Positions 28,191-37,170 of a DNA stretch of 56,298 bases are shown piece after piece. Each line of letters starts with the position of its first letter. Position 1 is the first letter of the stretch. Source of the DNA: Sandaracinaceae bacterium (GTDB lineage Bacteria; Myxococcota_A; Polyangia; Polyangiales; Sandaracinaceae); assembly GCA_044220955.1 (NCBI GenBank), contig JBGAQA010000039.1:1-56298 (forward strand), in the 5' to 3' direction. A program made the translations under genes and the position numbers. Under the pieces are notes generated by a model. The model worked only from the letters and a program-made list of their open reading frames with translations, ran no database searches and was not told where the DNA came from.

Positions 28191-29306
28191 GTGGAGACAG
28201 CCGACATCGTGGTCGTGGGTGGTGGGATCGCGGGGCTCGCGGTGGCGCACCAGCTCGCGAGCGCGGGCGTGCGTCGCGTCGTCCTGCTGGAGACGGAGCC
28301 CTCGCTCGCCTCGCACGCGAGCGGCCGGAACGCCGCGATCTTTCTCCCCATCGGGCACGGCCCGACGTCGACGTGGCTCGCGGCCCGCCAGCAGATCCTG
28401 CTCGACGCGCTCTTCGACGGCGAGGCCTCGTGGCTGCGGCGCACGGGCGCCGTCGTCGTGAGCTCGGACGCGGCCGCCCTCGACTCGGTCGCCGCCGACG
28501 CGCGCGCGCAGGGGCATCGCGCCGAGATGCTCAGCGCGGCAGAGCTCCGTCGACACGTCCCGGTGCTCGACGGGGGTGACGCGCCGGGCGGAGCTCTGCT
28601 GCCCGAGAGCGGCGTCCTCGACACGCACGCGCTGCTCTCGGCGCTGACGCGCGGCGCGCGGGACTGCGGGGTCGCGGTGCGGACCGGCACCGGCGTGGCC
28701 GGGTTCCTCTCGCATCGCGATCGCGTCGAGGGCGTCGTGCTCGAGGGCGGGGCCAGGCTCGCGTCGGGTCAGGTCGTGCTCGCGGCGGGCGCGTGGGCGC
28801 GCGCGCTGGGAGAGCTCTGCGGAGCGAGCCTGCCCCTCGTCTCCTACCGCCGGCACCTCGCGTGGCTCGCCGGCACGGGTGGCGGTCCGGGCGGCGGGCC
28901 CGTCGTGTGGCGCCTCGAGGACGAGGTCTACTTCCGGCCCGAGTCGGCGGGAGTGCTCGCGAGCCCCTGCGATCAGGAGCCGTGGCCCGCGGGCGTTCCG
29001 CCGGTCGAGCCCCGATCCGTCGAGGCGCTCGGGCGCAAGCTCGCGCGGACCGCGCCCGTGCTCGCCACGCTCCCGCTGAGGCGAGCCTGGGCGTGCCTGC
29101 GGACCTTCGCCTCCGATCGCGCGCCGGTCGCCGGTCGCGATCCTGGGATCGAGGGCCTCTCGTGGCTCGCCGGGCTCGGCGGCCAGGGGATGACGGTCGG
29201 CGTGGCGGCGGCCGAGGTGACGGTCGCGAGCGTGCTGGGTCGCGCGCACGGGCACGCGGATGCGCTCTCGCCGGCACGCTTCGGGGCGTCGCGTCCGGGC
29301 CGATAG
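28191..29306 (+). CDS. FAD-dependent oxidoreductase (DAO / sarcosine oxidase beta-like)
   Basis: DIVVVGGGIAG, ASGRNAA, VVLAAGAW, WACLRT, GLGGQGM; start codon uncertain (28149 is an alternative). Confidence 0.88.
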   Translation: METADIVVVGGGIAGLAVAHQLASAGVRRVVLLETEPSLASHASGRNAAIFLPIGHGPTSTWLAARQQILLDALFDGEASWLRRTGAVVVSSDAAALDSVAADARAQGHRAEMLSAAELRRHVPVLDGGDAPGGALLPESGVLDTHALLSALTRGARDCGVAVRTGTGVAGFLSHRDRVEGVVLEGGARLASGQVVLAAGAWARALGELCGASLPLVSYRRHLAWLAGTGGGPGGGPVVWRLEDEVYFRPESAGVLASPCDQEPWPAGVPPVEPRSVEALGRKLARTAPVLATLPLRRAWACLRTFASDRAPVAGRDPGIEGLSWLAGLGGQGMTVGVAAAEVTVASVLGRAHGHADALSPARFGASRPGR

Positions 29307-29405
29307 GCCGAGCGCAACCGGAGCCCCACAGGCTGGAGTACGAGGCATCAGGTGTCACGACGAACCCTCTCCACCGCCGTGCAGACGCCGGTCGACTGAG
29401 CTCGG

Positions 29406-30737
29406 ATGCGCATCGCCTTCGTCGCCGGGAATCGCGAGCGGCTCCCCGACCCGGTGATTCCCCTCGGCGTGCTCTCGGTCCTCGCGGCATGTCCGCCCGA
29501 GCACGAGCGCATCTTCGTCGACCTCTGCTTCGAGGCCGATCCGCACGCGGCGCTCGCCGTGACCCTCGCGGACTTCCGTCCCGATCTGGTGGCGATCGGG
29601 ATCCGAAACCTGCAGGACAACGCCTACGGACCGCTCGACGCGGCGATCGACTACTACCGCTCGCTCGTCGCCGTGGTCCGCGCCCACGCGCCCGAGGCCC
29701 GCGTGGTGCTCGGCGGCGGAGGCTTCAGCATCTTGCCCGAGGCGCTCCTGGTCGAGATCGGCGCCGACGTGGGCATCGCGGGCGAGGGCGAGGTCGCCTT
29801 CGCGGCTCTGGTGGAGGCGCTCTCGCGCGGGACGGCGCTCGCGCGGGTCCCCGGCATCGTGCGGCTCGACCGGGGGCGCGCGGTCCGCAGCCCGCGTCCC
29901 GCGGGGCTGGCGTCGCTCGACACCCTGCCGCTCGTCGACCGCAGGCTGGTGGATCGCCGGCACTACGAGCTCTGCGGGACCGACTCCGTGCAGACCAAGC
30001 GCGGCTGTCCGATGCTCTGCAGCTACTGCTCGTACCCGCAGATCGAGGGCCGCACGCACCGCCTGCGGGACCCCGAGCGTGTCGTGGACGAGCTCGCGCT
30101 CGCGCTCGAGGCGGGCGCCCGCCACGTCTTCGTCGTCGATGCCGTGTTCAACCTTCCGGCGCGCCACGCCCGCGCGGTCTGCGACGCGATCGTGCGGCGG
30201 GGCCTCTCGACGCCGTGGACCGCGTACGTGAACCCCGTCTGCTTCGATCCGCCGCTCGCCGAGGCCATGCGCCGCGCGGGCGCGGTCGGCATGGAGGTGG
30301 GGAGCGACTCCGGGGACGACGCGGTCCTGACGCGTCTCAGCAAGGGCTTCGACGTGAAGGCGATCCGCCGGCTACGCGCGGTCGCTCGCGGCGCCGGCCT
30401 GAAGGACTGCCACACGTTCATCCTCGGCACGCCGGGCGAGACGCTCGACAGCGTGCGTCGGACCCTCGACCTCGTGGTCGACATGGATCCACCGGCCGCG
30501 ATCCTCATGCTCTGGAACGACGAGCGCGAGTCCCTCGACCGGGCGCTGGCCGAGGGTCGTCGCGCGCTCCGCGAGGCCATCCTCGAGCTGCTCGATCGCG
30601 AGAGGGGCCGCCACCCGCGCTGGGTCATCCCTCAGCTCGGCGTGAACTTCCGGCCGCGGATGTTCGCCCTCCTCCGGCGTCGCGGGCTCACCGGCCCGCT
30701 CTGGCAGCACCTCGATCGCGTCGACGGGACCGCGTGA
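29406..30737 (+). CDS. B12-binding radical SAM protein resembling the lipid-biosynthesis (TIGR04072-like) family
   Basis: PDPVIPLG, PDLVAIGIRNL, VLGGGGFS, GEGE, QTKRGCPMLCSYCSYPQIEGR, VDAVFN. Confidence 0.88.
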   Translation: MRIAFVAGNRERLPDPVIPLGVLSVLAACPPEHERIFVDLCFEADPHAALAVTLADFRPDLVAIGIRNLQDNAYGPLDAAIDYYRSLVAVVRAHAPEARVVLGGGGFSILPEALLVEIGADVGIAGEGEVAFAALVEALSRGTALARVPGIVRLDRGRAVRSPRPAGLASLDTLPLVDRRLVDRRHYELCGTDSVQTKRGCPMLCSYCSYPQIEGRTHRLRDPERVVDELALALEAGARHVFVVDAVFNLPARHARAVCDAIVRRGLSTPWTAYVNPVCFDPPLAEAMRRAGAVGMEVGSDSGDDAVLTRLSKGFDVKAIRRLRAVARGAGLKDCHTFILGTPGETLDSVRRTLDLVVDMDPPAAILMLWNDERESLDRALAEGRRALREAILELLDRERGRHPRWVIPQLGVNFRPRMFALLRRRGLTGPLWQHLDRVDGTA

Positions 30738-30761
30738 GCCCGACGTGAGGGCGCGGCCCGC

Positions 30762-32039
30762 TCAGGCGTGCAGCGGGTGGACGTGCTGGAAGCAGCTGAG
30801 CGCCTCGTCGACCGGGACGCGCGCGTAGAACTCGTTCCAGCAGCGCCTGAAGCCCGCGAGCAGCTGCTCCTCGGTCATGTGCTTGGGCCGGAACACCACG
30901 TGGCCGCCGTTGTACTCGGACCAGCGCTCGTGGTGCAGGCGTCCCTCCGCCGAGAGCCGCTTCCACATCGGGGTGTTCGGGAAAGGCGCGACGACGAAGA
31001 ACTCGGCCGTGACGACCCCGGCGCGCTCGCAGAACTCGAGCACGCGGTCGAAGACCTCCGGGGGGTCCTCGTCGAAGCCGAATCCGAAGGCACCGAAGAA
31101 GCGGATGCCGTGATCCTGGATGCGCCGCGCGATCTCGACGGCGCGGGTGGTGAGGGCCGGGTCGCCCTCGTACATGCCCCGCGAGATCGGATCGAAGCCC
31201 GTGGTGACGTAGAGCGATCGCGTGCCCGCGCGCGCGAGCAGATCGAGGAATTCGGGCGTGTTCCGGAACGAGAGCGAGCTCGTGAGGAAGATGTTCGCGC
31301 GCTCGGCGGTGAGCGCTCCGAACAGGGAATCGGCGTATCGCGCGATCGGGCGCGACTGCGTGAGCACGACGTCCTCGGTGATGTAGAAGTCCTTGCCCCC
31401 GAGCTGCCGCACGTTCTCCACCACGCGCTCGACCGGGCGCAGGCGCACGCGGCGGCTCTGGAGGATCGGCAGGTTGCAGTAGTCACACTCCCACGGGCAA
31501 CCGCGCGCGACCTGCACGAGCTGGGCGTTCCAGTCGTAGCCATCGAGCTTCGGGAAGAGGTTGGGGATCGGCGTGACCATCTCTTCGGGCGCCGCGGGCT
31601 CGCCCTGATAGCGCGGCGCGAGTCGGCCGCTGCGAGCGTCCTGGACGATGCGTGACCAGATGCGCTCCCCTTCTCCGACGCACACGGAGTCGCAGTGCGG
31701 CACGGAGTCCTTCGGGTGCATCGACGGGTGCATTCCGCCCATGATCACCGTCTTGCCGCGCCGCCTCAGCTCGTCGCCGATCGCGTTGGCGGACTCGGCC
31801 TGGGGCGTGAAGAAGCTGATCGCGAAGAGATCGGCGGGCTCGTCGTAGTCCACCGGCTCGACGTTGGCGTCCGTGATGGCCCACTCGACGTCCGGGGGCG
31901 TCAGCGTGGCGAGGATCTGCAGGCCGAGCGCCGGCGGCATGCGGTAGCGCCAGAGGCCCGCGACCGTCGGGATGCTCGCGAGATCCGGATGAGCCTCCAT
32001 GTAGCGCTGGAAGCGCGGGTAGATGAAACGAATGCGCAT
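30762..32039 (-). CDS. B12-binding radical SAM protein, paralog of 14812-16110
   Basis: PPALG, AISFFTP, MGGMHPS, VGEGE, ARGCPWECDYC, APFPNTP. Confidence 0.9.
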   Translation of the reverse strand: MRIRFIYPRFQRYMEAHPDLASIPTVAGLWRYRMPPALGLQILATLTPPDVEWAITDANVEPVDYDEPADLFAISFFTPQAESANAIGDELRRRGKTVIMGGMHPSMHPKDSVPHCDSVCVGEGERIWSRIVQDARSGRLAPRYQGEPAAPEEMVTPIPNLFPKLDGYDWNAQLVQVARGCPWECDYCNLPILQSRRVRLRPVERVVENVRQLGGKDFYITEDVVLTQSRPIARYADSLFGALTAERANIFLTSSLSFRNTPEFLDLLARAGTRSLYVTTGFDPISRGMYEGDPALTTRAVEIARRIQDHGIRFFGAFGFGFDEDPPEVFDRVLEFCERAGVVTAEFFVVAPFPNTPMWKRLSAEGRLHHERWSEYNGGHVVFRPKHMTEEQLLAGFRRCWNEFYARVPVDEALSCFQHVHPLHA

Positions 32040-32091
32040 CGCGCTCAGCCAATCGGCATCCGACAGCATCACGGACCCGCGCGCGTTGCGC

Positions 32092-32105
32092 TTGCGCGGG
32101 CGCAA
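32092..32105. promoter_or_regulatory. FNR/FixK-type box TTGC-GCGGGC-GCAA between divergent B12-rSAM genes
   Basis: Matches the consensus; lies in the 141-bp divergent intergenic region. Confidence 0.6.
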
Positions 32106-32180
32106 TCCACGCCCCCAGCGCCGTTGCAGTCTCACCGCTCGCCGTCGTGTTCCTAACCGCGCGCGGCCCAGGGGGGACCG

Positions 32181-33824
32181 ATGCGCAAGCTCGGAACCGG
32201 AAGAGTTCGTTGCCTGCTCGTGAGGCCGGAGTTCCTCGAGAACACGTTCTACAACCCGCGAGCCGTCTTTCGCTTGCTGGGTGGCTGCTCCGCGGCGCCA
32301 CCGCTCGGCCTGCTCGTGGTCGCAGCTCACCTGCCGAAGAACTGGGAGCTGAAGTTCGTCGACGGGGACGTCGAGCCCATCACCGACGCCCACATCGCCT
32401 GGGCCGACGTGCTCTTCATCTCCGGCAAGGGTCCCCAGGAGATCCCGATCCGCCGCCTGTGCGAGCGCGCGCACGCCGTCGGAGTCTCGGTCGTCGTCGG
32501 CGGGGCAGGTCCGACGCTGCAGCCCGAGCTCTTCGTCGGGATGGCGGACTACGTCGTCGCGGGGGAGGCCGAGCCGGTGCTCCCGCGCCTGCTCGCGGAC
32601 CTCGCGCGAGGCGAGTCGGCCGGCATCTACCGGTCGAAGGAGACGTTCGACCTCGCACACGCGCCGGTCCCCCGCTACGACCTCGCCAGGCTCGACAAGT
32701 ACCTCTTCGTCGGCATGAACTTCACGCGCGGCTGCCCGTTCGCGTGCGAGTTCTGCGCCCAGATCGAGATCTTCGGCCGCAAGCCGCGGACCAAGCCGGT
32801 GGCGCGCATCCTCGCGGAGCATCAGGCGCTCTACGACCTCGGGTTCCGCGGGCAGATCGACTTCGGCTACGACAACCTGATCGGCAACATCGCGCGCACC
32901 GAAGAGGTGCTCACCGCCATGCGCGAGTGGAACCAGGCCCACGGCCACCCCTTCTGTTACAGCACCGAGGCGACGATGAACCTCGCGCGGCTGCCGAAGA
33001 TCCTCGGGCTGATGCGGGACAACGACTTCCGCTACATCTTCATGGGCATCGAGAGCGGCGACGAGAAGGTCCTCGAGAAGACCCACAAGGGCCAGAACAC
33101 GGCGATGCCCGCCGAAGAGGCCGTCCGCATCGTCAACTCCTACGGCATCGTCGTGAACACCGGCCTGATCCTGGGCTTCGACGGCGAGGACACGAGGTCC
33201 GCCGCGAAGATGCTCTCGATGGTCCAGAGGACGGGCGCTTTCCCGACGCTGGTGCTTCCCCTTCACGCGCTGCCGAACACCGACCTCTCCAAGCGGCTCG
33301 AGCGCGAAGGCCGGCTCTTCCGCGAGGGGATCGTGCAGAACCCGGACGAGGATCGCACCGACACGGCGACGTCGGGGCTCAACTTCGTCACGCAGCGCCC
33401 GCGCACCGAGATCCTGAGCGACCTCGCGGACGTTCTCGAGCAGCTCTACGCGCCGAAGAACCACTTCGCGCGGGTGAAGGTGACCACCGAACAGCTCGAG
33501 ACGGCTCGCAAGCATCGGCCGCCGCTGCACCGCATCGCGCACATCGTGAGCGCGCTGCCCGAGCTGATGCGCCTGGTCGGCGTCGATCGCGAGACGGCGC
33601 CCCACTTCTGGCGCGCCGTGCTGCGCGCGCTGGTGAAGAACCCCGGCGCGCTGGAGATGGTCGTGGGCCTGGCGGTGATGAACGCCAACTACGATCGGCA
33701 GTCGCGCTCGTACGTGAAGGCGCTGCGCGAGCAGGTCGCGCTCGTCCAGCGCATGGGCGAGGACGCCTACAACCGCAAGATGCGGGGAGGCCTCGCGCCA
33801 GGGGCCGCCGCCGGGCGCGCGTGA
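32181..33824 (+). CDS. B12-binding radical SAM protein with a DUF4070-like C-terminus (HpnP-like superfamily)
   Basis: PPLGLLVVAAHLP, GEAE, RGCPFACEFC, DNLIGN, TEATMNLA, ILGFDGE, LHALPNT, LNFV. Confidence 0.9.
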   Translation: MRKLGTGRVRCLLVRPEFLENTFYNPRAVFRLLGGCSAAPPLGLLVVAAHLPKNWELKFVDGDVEPITDAHIAWADVLFISGKGPQEIPIRRLCERAHAVGVSVVVGGAGPTLQPELFVGMADYVVAGEAEPVLPRLLADLARGESAGIYRSKETFDLAHAPVPRYDLARLDKYLFVGMNFTRGCPFACEFCAQIEIFGRKPRTKPVARILAEHQALYDLGFRGQIDFGYDNLIGNIARTEEVLTAMREWNQAHGHPFCYSTEATMNLARLPKILGLMRDNDFRYIFMGIESGDEKVLEKTHKGQNTAMPAEEAVRIVNSYGIVVNTGLILGFDGEDTRSAAKMLSMVQRTGAFPTLVLPLHALPNTDLSKRLEREGRLFREGIVQNPDEDRTDTATSGLNFVTQRPRTEILSDLADVLEQLYAPKNHFARVKVTTEQLETARKHRPPLHRIAHIVSALPELMRLVGVDRETAPHFWRAVLRALVKNPGALEMVVGLAVMNANYDRQSRSYVKALREQVALVQRMGEDAYNRKMRGGLAPGAAAGRA

Positions 33825-33828
33825 GCCC

Positions 33829-34521
33829 TCAGGGCGCGCGGCGCTTGCGCCCGCGAAGAGCGAGCGCGGGCATGCCCTCGACGCGCTGCGCCGAGGCGTC
33901 GACGAGCGCGAGGGGCTCGAGCAGCCCGCGCGCCTCGTCGAGGTCGAGCGACTGACCTGCCACCCACGTGCGAAACGCCGCGAGGGCGGCGGGGCGCAGG
34001 GCGCGTGGGACGCCCCAGCCCTCGACGAAGCGCCGCGCGTCCGCCAGGCGGCAGCCGCGATCCGCCTCGATGACGAGCAGCGCGCCTCCGGGGGCGAGCA
34101 CCCGGACGCACTCGGCCAGGCCGCGCGCGGGGTCGGGCCAGTGCTTGATCGACGCGACGCTCAGGACCACGTCGAAGCTCGCGTCGGCGAACGGCAGCTC
34201 GAGCGCCGAGCCCACGACGAACTCGATCCGCTCGCCCTGTCCGGCGGCGCGACGCCGCGCGCGCGCGATCTGCTCCGGCGAGAGGTCGAGGCCCGTGATC
34301 GAGAGGGCGGGCCGCCGTGCGGCGAGCAGCAGAGCGACCTGGCCGCCCCCGCAGCCCACGTCGAGCAGGCGACCCGTGTCGGGAAGCACGCTGCCGATCT
34401 CGTCGAGCAGTCGCCGTCCCTGCCGAGCCACGGCGGGCGCGATGACCCGGTCGTAGAACCAGGACTCGAGCGGCGCATACGGGGCGGTGAAGTCGCGGGC
34501 GACCGACGTGACCGAGGCCAT
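33829..34521 (-). CDS. Class I SAM-dependent methyltransferase (UbiE-like)
   Basis: LLDVGCGGG, GLDLSPEQ, LPFADASFDVV, RVLAPGG. Confidence 0.9.
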   Translation of the reverse strand: MASVTSVARDFTAPYAPLESWFYDRVIAPAVARQGRRLLDEIGSVLPDTGRLLDVGCGGGQVALLLAARRPALSITGLDLSPEQIARARRRAAGQGERIEFVVGSALELPFADASFDVVLSVASIKHWPDPARGLAECVRVLAPGGALLVIEADRGCRLADARRFVEGWGVPRALRPAALAAFRTWVAGQSLDLDEARGLLEPLALVDASAQRVEGMPALALRGRKRRAP

Positions 34522-34581
34522 GCCCGCCTTGTACCGCGCCCGCCTCGGTCACGCAGCCGGCGGCGTCGCGGGAGTCGGAGT

Positions 34582-34845
34582 CTGTCCCCGGATCGACGAC
34601 GGACTCGGGAGGCGCATCCGGTTCCGCCAGCGCGTCGAGGGGGCGGCTCACGCTCAGGATTCCACACATCCCGAGCGGCTCACGCCCACTGGAAGCTCAA
34701 GGGCTGTCCCAAAATCGACGACGGCCGCGGGCAGGATCCGGTGGCCGCGCGTGACGAGCGGTGTGCCTCGCGAGGAGCGAAGCGACGAGTCGGAGCGAGG
34801 GGTGAGACGCATCCGGCTCCGCTGGTGCGTCGAGGGGCCCGCTCA
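34582..34845. repeat. Two degenerate copies of a bipartite intergenic element (REP/MITE-like)
   Basis: Block A at 34582-34602 and 34704-34724 (18/21 identical); block B at 34613-34650 and 34808-34845 (32/38 identical). Confidence 0.65.
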
Positions 34846-34859
34846 GGGCCCCTGCAAAC

Positions 34860-35603
34860 TCAGCCTGGCGGCAGCGCGAGCGGAGTCCGGAAGAGCGAGT
34901 GCATGACGCGCCGGAACATCAGCCGCGTGTGCATCTTGCTGATCAGCCAGTTGTCCTCGATCGCGCGCCAGTGCGTCACGCCGCCCTCGGCGCGGGTGAA
35001 GTAGCGCACGCGCGTCGGCACGTGGACGATGGGCACGCCCATCCACGCCAGGCGCACGGCGATCTCGGGGTCGAAGTCCATGCGGTCCCCGATCGTGTGC
35101 GTCTCGATCGCCTGCCGGAGCGGGTAGACGCGGAAGCCGCAGAGGGGATCCCCCACCGCGTCGCTGCCCACCTCGCGCCGGGTCCAGAAGATGGTGAGCT
35201 GCCGCAGCAGCATGCGATGCCTCGGCGCCGTGTGGTCGAAGATGGGCTGGCCGAGCACCAGCGCCTCGGGGCGCTCGGCCGAGATCGCGAGGAACTTCGC
35301 CACGTCCGCGAGCGCGTGCTGGCCGTCGGCGTCGACCTGGATCGCGTGGGTGAAGCCGTGCTCGAGGGCGAACCGAAAGCCGGTCTTCATGGCCGCGCCC
35401 TTGCCGCCGTTGACGGACCTGTGCGTGACGAGCGCGAGCCCTTCCTGTCCGAGCCTCTCGACCTCGAGACGGTTCGGCTCGGCGCTCGCGTCGTCGACGA
35501 CGACGACCGCGGGGACGACCGAGCGAACGGCGAGCACGACGTCGCGGATGGTTCGCGGGTTGTCGTACGTGGGGATCAGCACGCAGGGGCGGAAGGTCGT
35601 CAT
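34860..35603 (-). CDS. Glycosyltransferase family 2 (similar to the GT2 of aryl-polyene-type clusters)
   Basis: LIPTYDN, VVVDDAS, NGGKGAA, QVDADGQH, CGFRVYPL, RMDFDPE. Confidence 0.9.
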   Translation of the reverse strand: MTTFRPCVLIPTYDNPRTIRDVVLAVRSVVPAVVVVDDASAEPNRLEVERLGQEGLALVTHRSVNGGKGAAMKTGFRFALEHGFTHAIQVDADGQHALADVAKFLAISAERPEALVLGQPIFDHTAPRHRMLLRQLTIFWTRREVGSDAVGDPLCGFRVYPLRQAIETHTIGDRMDFDPEIAVRLAWMGVPIVHVPTRVRYFTRAEGGVTHWRAIEDNWLISKMHTRLMFRRVMHSLFRTPLALPPG

Positions 35604-35620
35604 GCTCGAGTGCGCCAGGA

Positions 35621-37126
35621 CTAGGGCCGCAGCACGCAGCGGCCCGCCTCGCAGCGGGCGGTGGGGGGCGGGCCTTCCATGCAGCTGATCGCGCAGGCGC
35701 CCGGGCGCGCGTCACAGATCGCCTCGACGCGCGCGGCCCACGCGGGTGTCGCGGCGACGTACTGCGCGCACATCGGGCAGCAGCCGTCGTCGAGCTTCTG
35801 CACGCGCACGCAGTCGCGGTCCACGGCGCACGTGTCCTCGACGGGCGGGAAGGTGACGGGTGGGGGCGGCGCGGCGATCACGGGCGCGCTCGGGTCGGGG
35901 CGCGCGTCGAGGCGCACGGGCGCCGGGCCGAGACCGGTCGCACGACCCCAGTAGAGGAAGCGCGGGGCGCCCACGTTGTCGACCACGACGTCGGCGAAGC
36001 CGTCGCCGTTCACGTCGCCGACGCCGCGCACGCGGTACATCCAGGGCACCTCGGGGTAGATCGGCGGCAGGCGCTGCGGCTCCGGGGCCAGGCCCGCCGG
36101 CGAGCCGCGGTAGAGGAACGCACCATCGCTCGAGTACCCGCCGGTGACCACGTCGTCGAAGCCATCGCCGTCGACGTCGCCGGCGGCCGAGACCCAGAGC
36201 GACCACCCCGCTGGCTCCGCGGCGCCCAGCGAGGTCGGGGTCGGGCCGAGGCCCGTGCGGCTGCCGTAGAAGATCCACCCACCGTTGCCACCGTAGCCGC
36301 TCGTCACCACGTCGGCGAGCCCGTCGTGGTTCACGTCGCCGGCCATCGCGACGTCGTCGCCCATCTGCTGCCCGCCGCCGTCGAGGCGGATCGCGGCGCC
36401 CAGCGTGCGTCCGTCGCCGAGGTGGACGTAGATCGCGTGCTCTTCGCTCGCGCCCACGACGACGTCGGCGTGTCCGTCGCCGTTCACGTCGCCCCCGCCG
36501 CACACCGACGCGCCGTACCCGCCGCTGCCGGCAAACCGCGTCGGCGTCGCAACCAGGCCGCTCGCGCTGCCGAGGTGGAGATAGATCGCGTTCGCGCTGC
36601 CGACGACGAGATCGCCGAAGCCGTCCTCGTTCACGTCGCCCGCCGCCGACGCGTGGACGCGAGCGATGGGCGCGCCCTCCGTCGGGACGTCCAGCGCCTG
36701 CGGCGCGGCGACGCCCTCCGGGCCGACCAGGTACACGAGCACGTGATGGTACAGCTCGTCGGCGATCGCCACATCGGACCAGCCGTTGCCGTCGAGGTCG
36801 CCGACACCCATCGCGTCCCGCCCGAACGCCGGGGCGGCGTCGGGCCCCGAGAGGACGAACGGGGCGAGGCGCGGGGCTGCGCCGCCGAGGTGGACGCCGG
36901 CGCCCTGGTCGCCCGCGGACTCGACGATCACGTCCGCGCGGCCATCGCCATCGAGGTCGACCGACTGGCGCGGCGAGCGGGCGCCGAGCGGCGTCGGCCG
37001 AGCGGGCGCCGCGGCCGTCGGTGAGGCCGAGGTCGCGGGCGGCTCGGACGGTGTCGCGCTCCCGCACGCGGAGGCGAGCGAGACGACGAGCAGCGCGAGC
37101 GTGGGGACGACGCGAGTGACGCGCAC
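35621..37126 (-). CDS. FG-GAP / integrin-alpha-like repeat lipoprotein with a Cys-rich C-terminus
   Basis: LASAC lipobox; about 7 GD(V/L)(N/D)xDGxxD repeats; C-terminal Cys-rich module. Confidence 0.85.
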   Translation of the reverse strand: MRVTRVVPTLALLVVSLASACGSATPSEPPATSASPTAAAPARPTPLGARSPRQSVDLDGDGRADVIVESAGDQGAGVHLGGAAPRLAPFVLSGPDAAPAFGRDAMGVGDLDGNGWSDVAIADELYHHVLVYLVGPEGVAAPQALDVPTEGAPIARVHASAAGDVNEDGFGDLVVGSANAIYLHLGSASGLVATPTRFAGSGGYGASVCGGGDVNGDGHADVVVGASEEHAIYVHLGDGRTLGAAIRLDGGGQQMGDDVAMAGDVNHDGLADVVTSGYGGNGGWIFYGSRTGLGPTPTSLGAAEPAGWSLWVSAAGDVDGDGFDDVVTGGYSSDGAFLYRGSPAGLAPEPQRLPPIYPEVPWMYRVRGVGDVNGDGFADVVVDNVGAPRFLYWGRATGLGPAPVRLDARPDPSAPVIAAPPPPVTFPPVEDTCAVDRDCVRVQKLDDGCCPMCAQYVAATPAWAARVEAICDARPGACAISCMEGPPPTARCEAGRCVLRP

Positions 37127-37170
37127 GCGCGCAGGATAGCGCGGAGCGCGCGGGCGTCCGCTCGCCTCGG

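Noticed and set aside
7220..30737. Anammox interpretation (HzsA-like protein plus ladderane-type rSAM)
   Set aside because: No hzsB/C, hydrazine dehydrogenase or FabB/F/Z genes are present, and the context is myxobacterial with heme A synthase. The similarity is at family level only.
30762..33605. 947-aa ORF read as one large rSAM fusion
   Set aside because: The N-terminal 522 aa are the antisense of the 32181-33824 gene. The real start is near 32039, matching the paralog's N-terminus. The same over-extension affects ORF-track entries ending at 24008, 25273, 38332, 40379 and 52753 and starting at 50429 and 52990.
32181..33824. Gene symbol hpnP
   Set aside because: The DUF4070-type family is broad and there are no hopanoid genes in the window.
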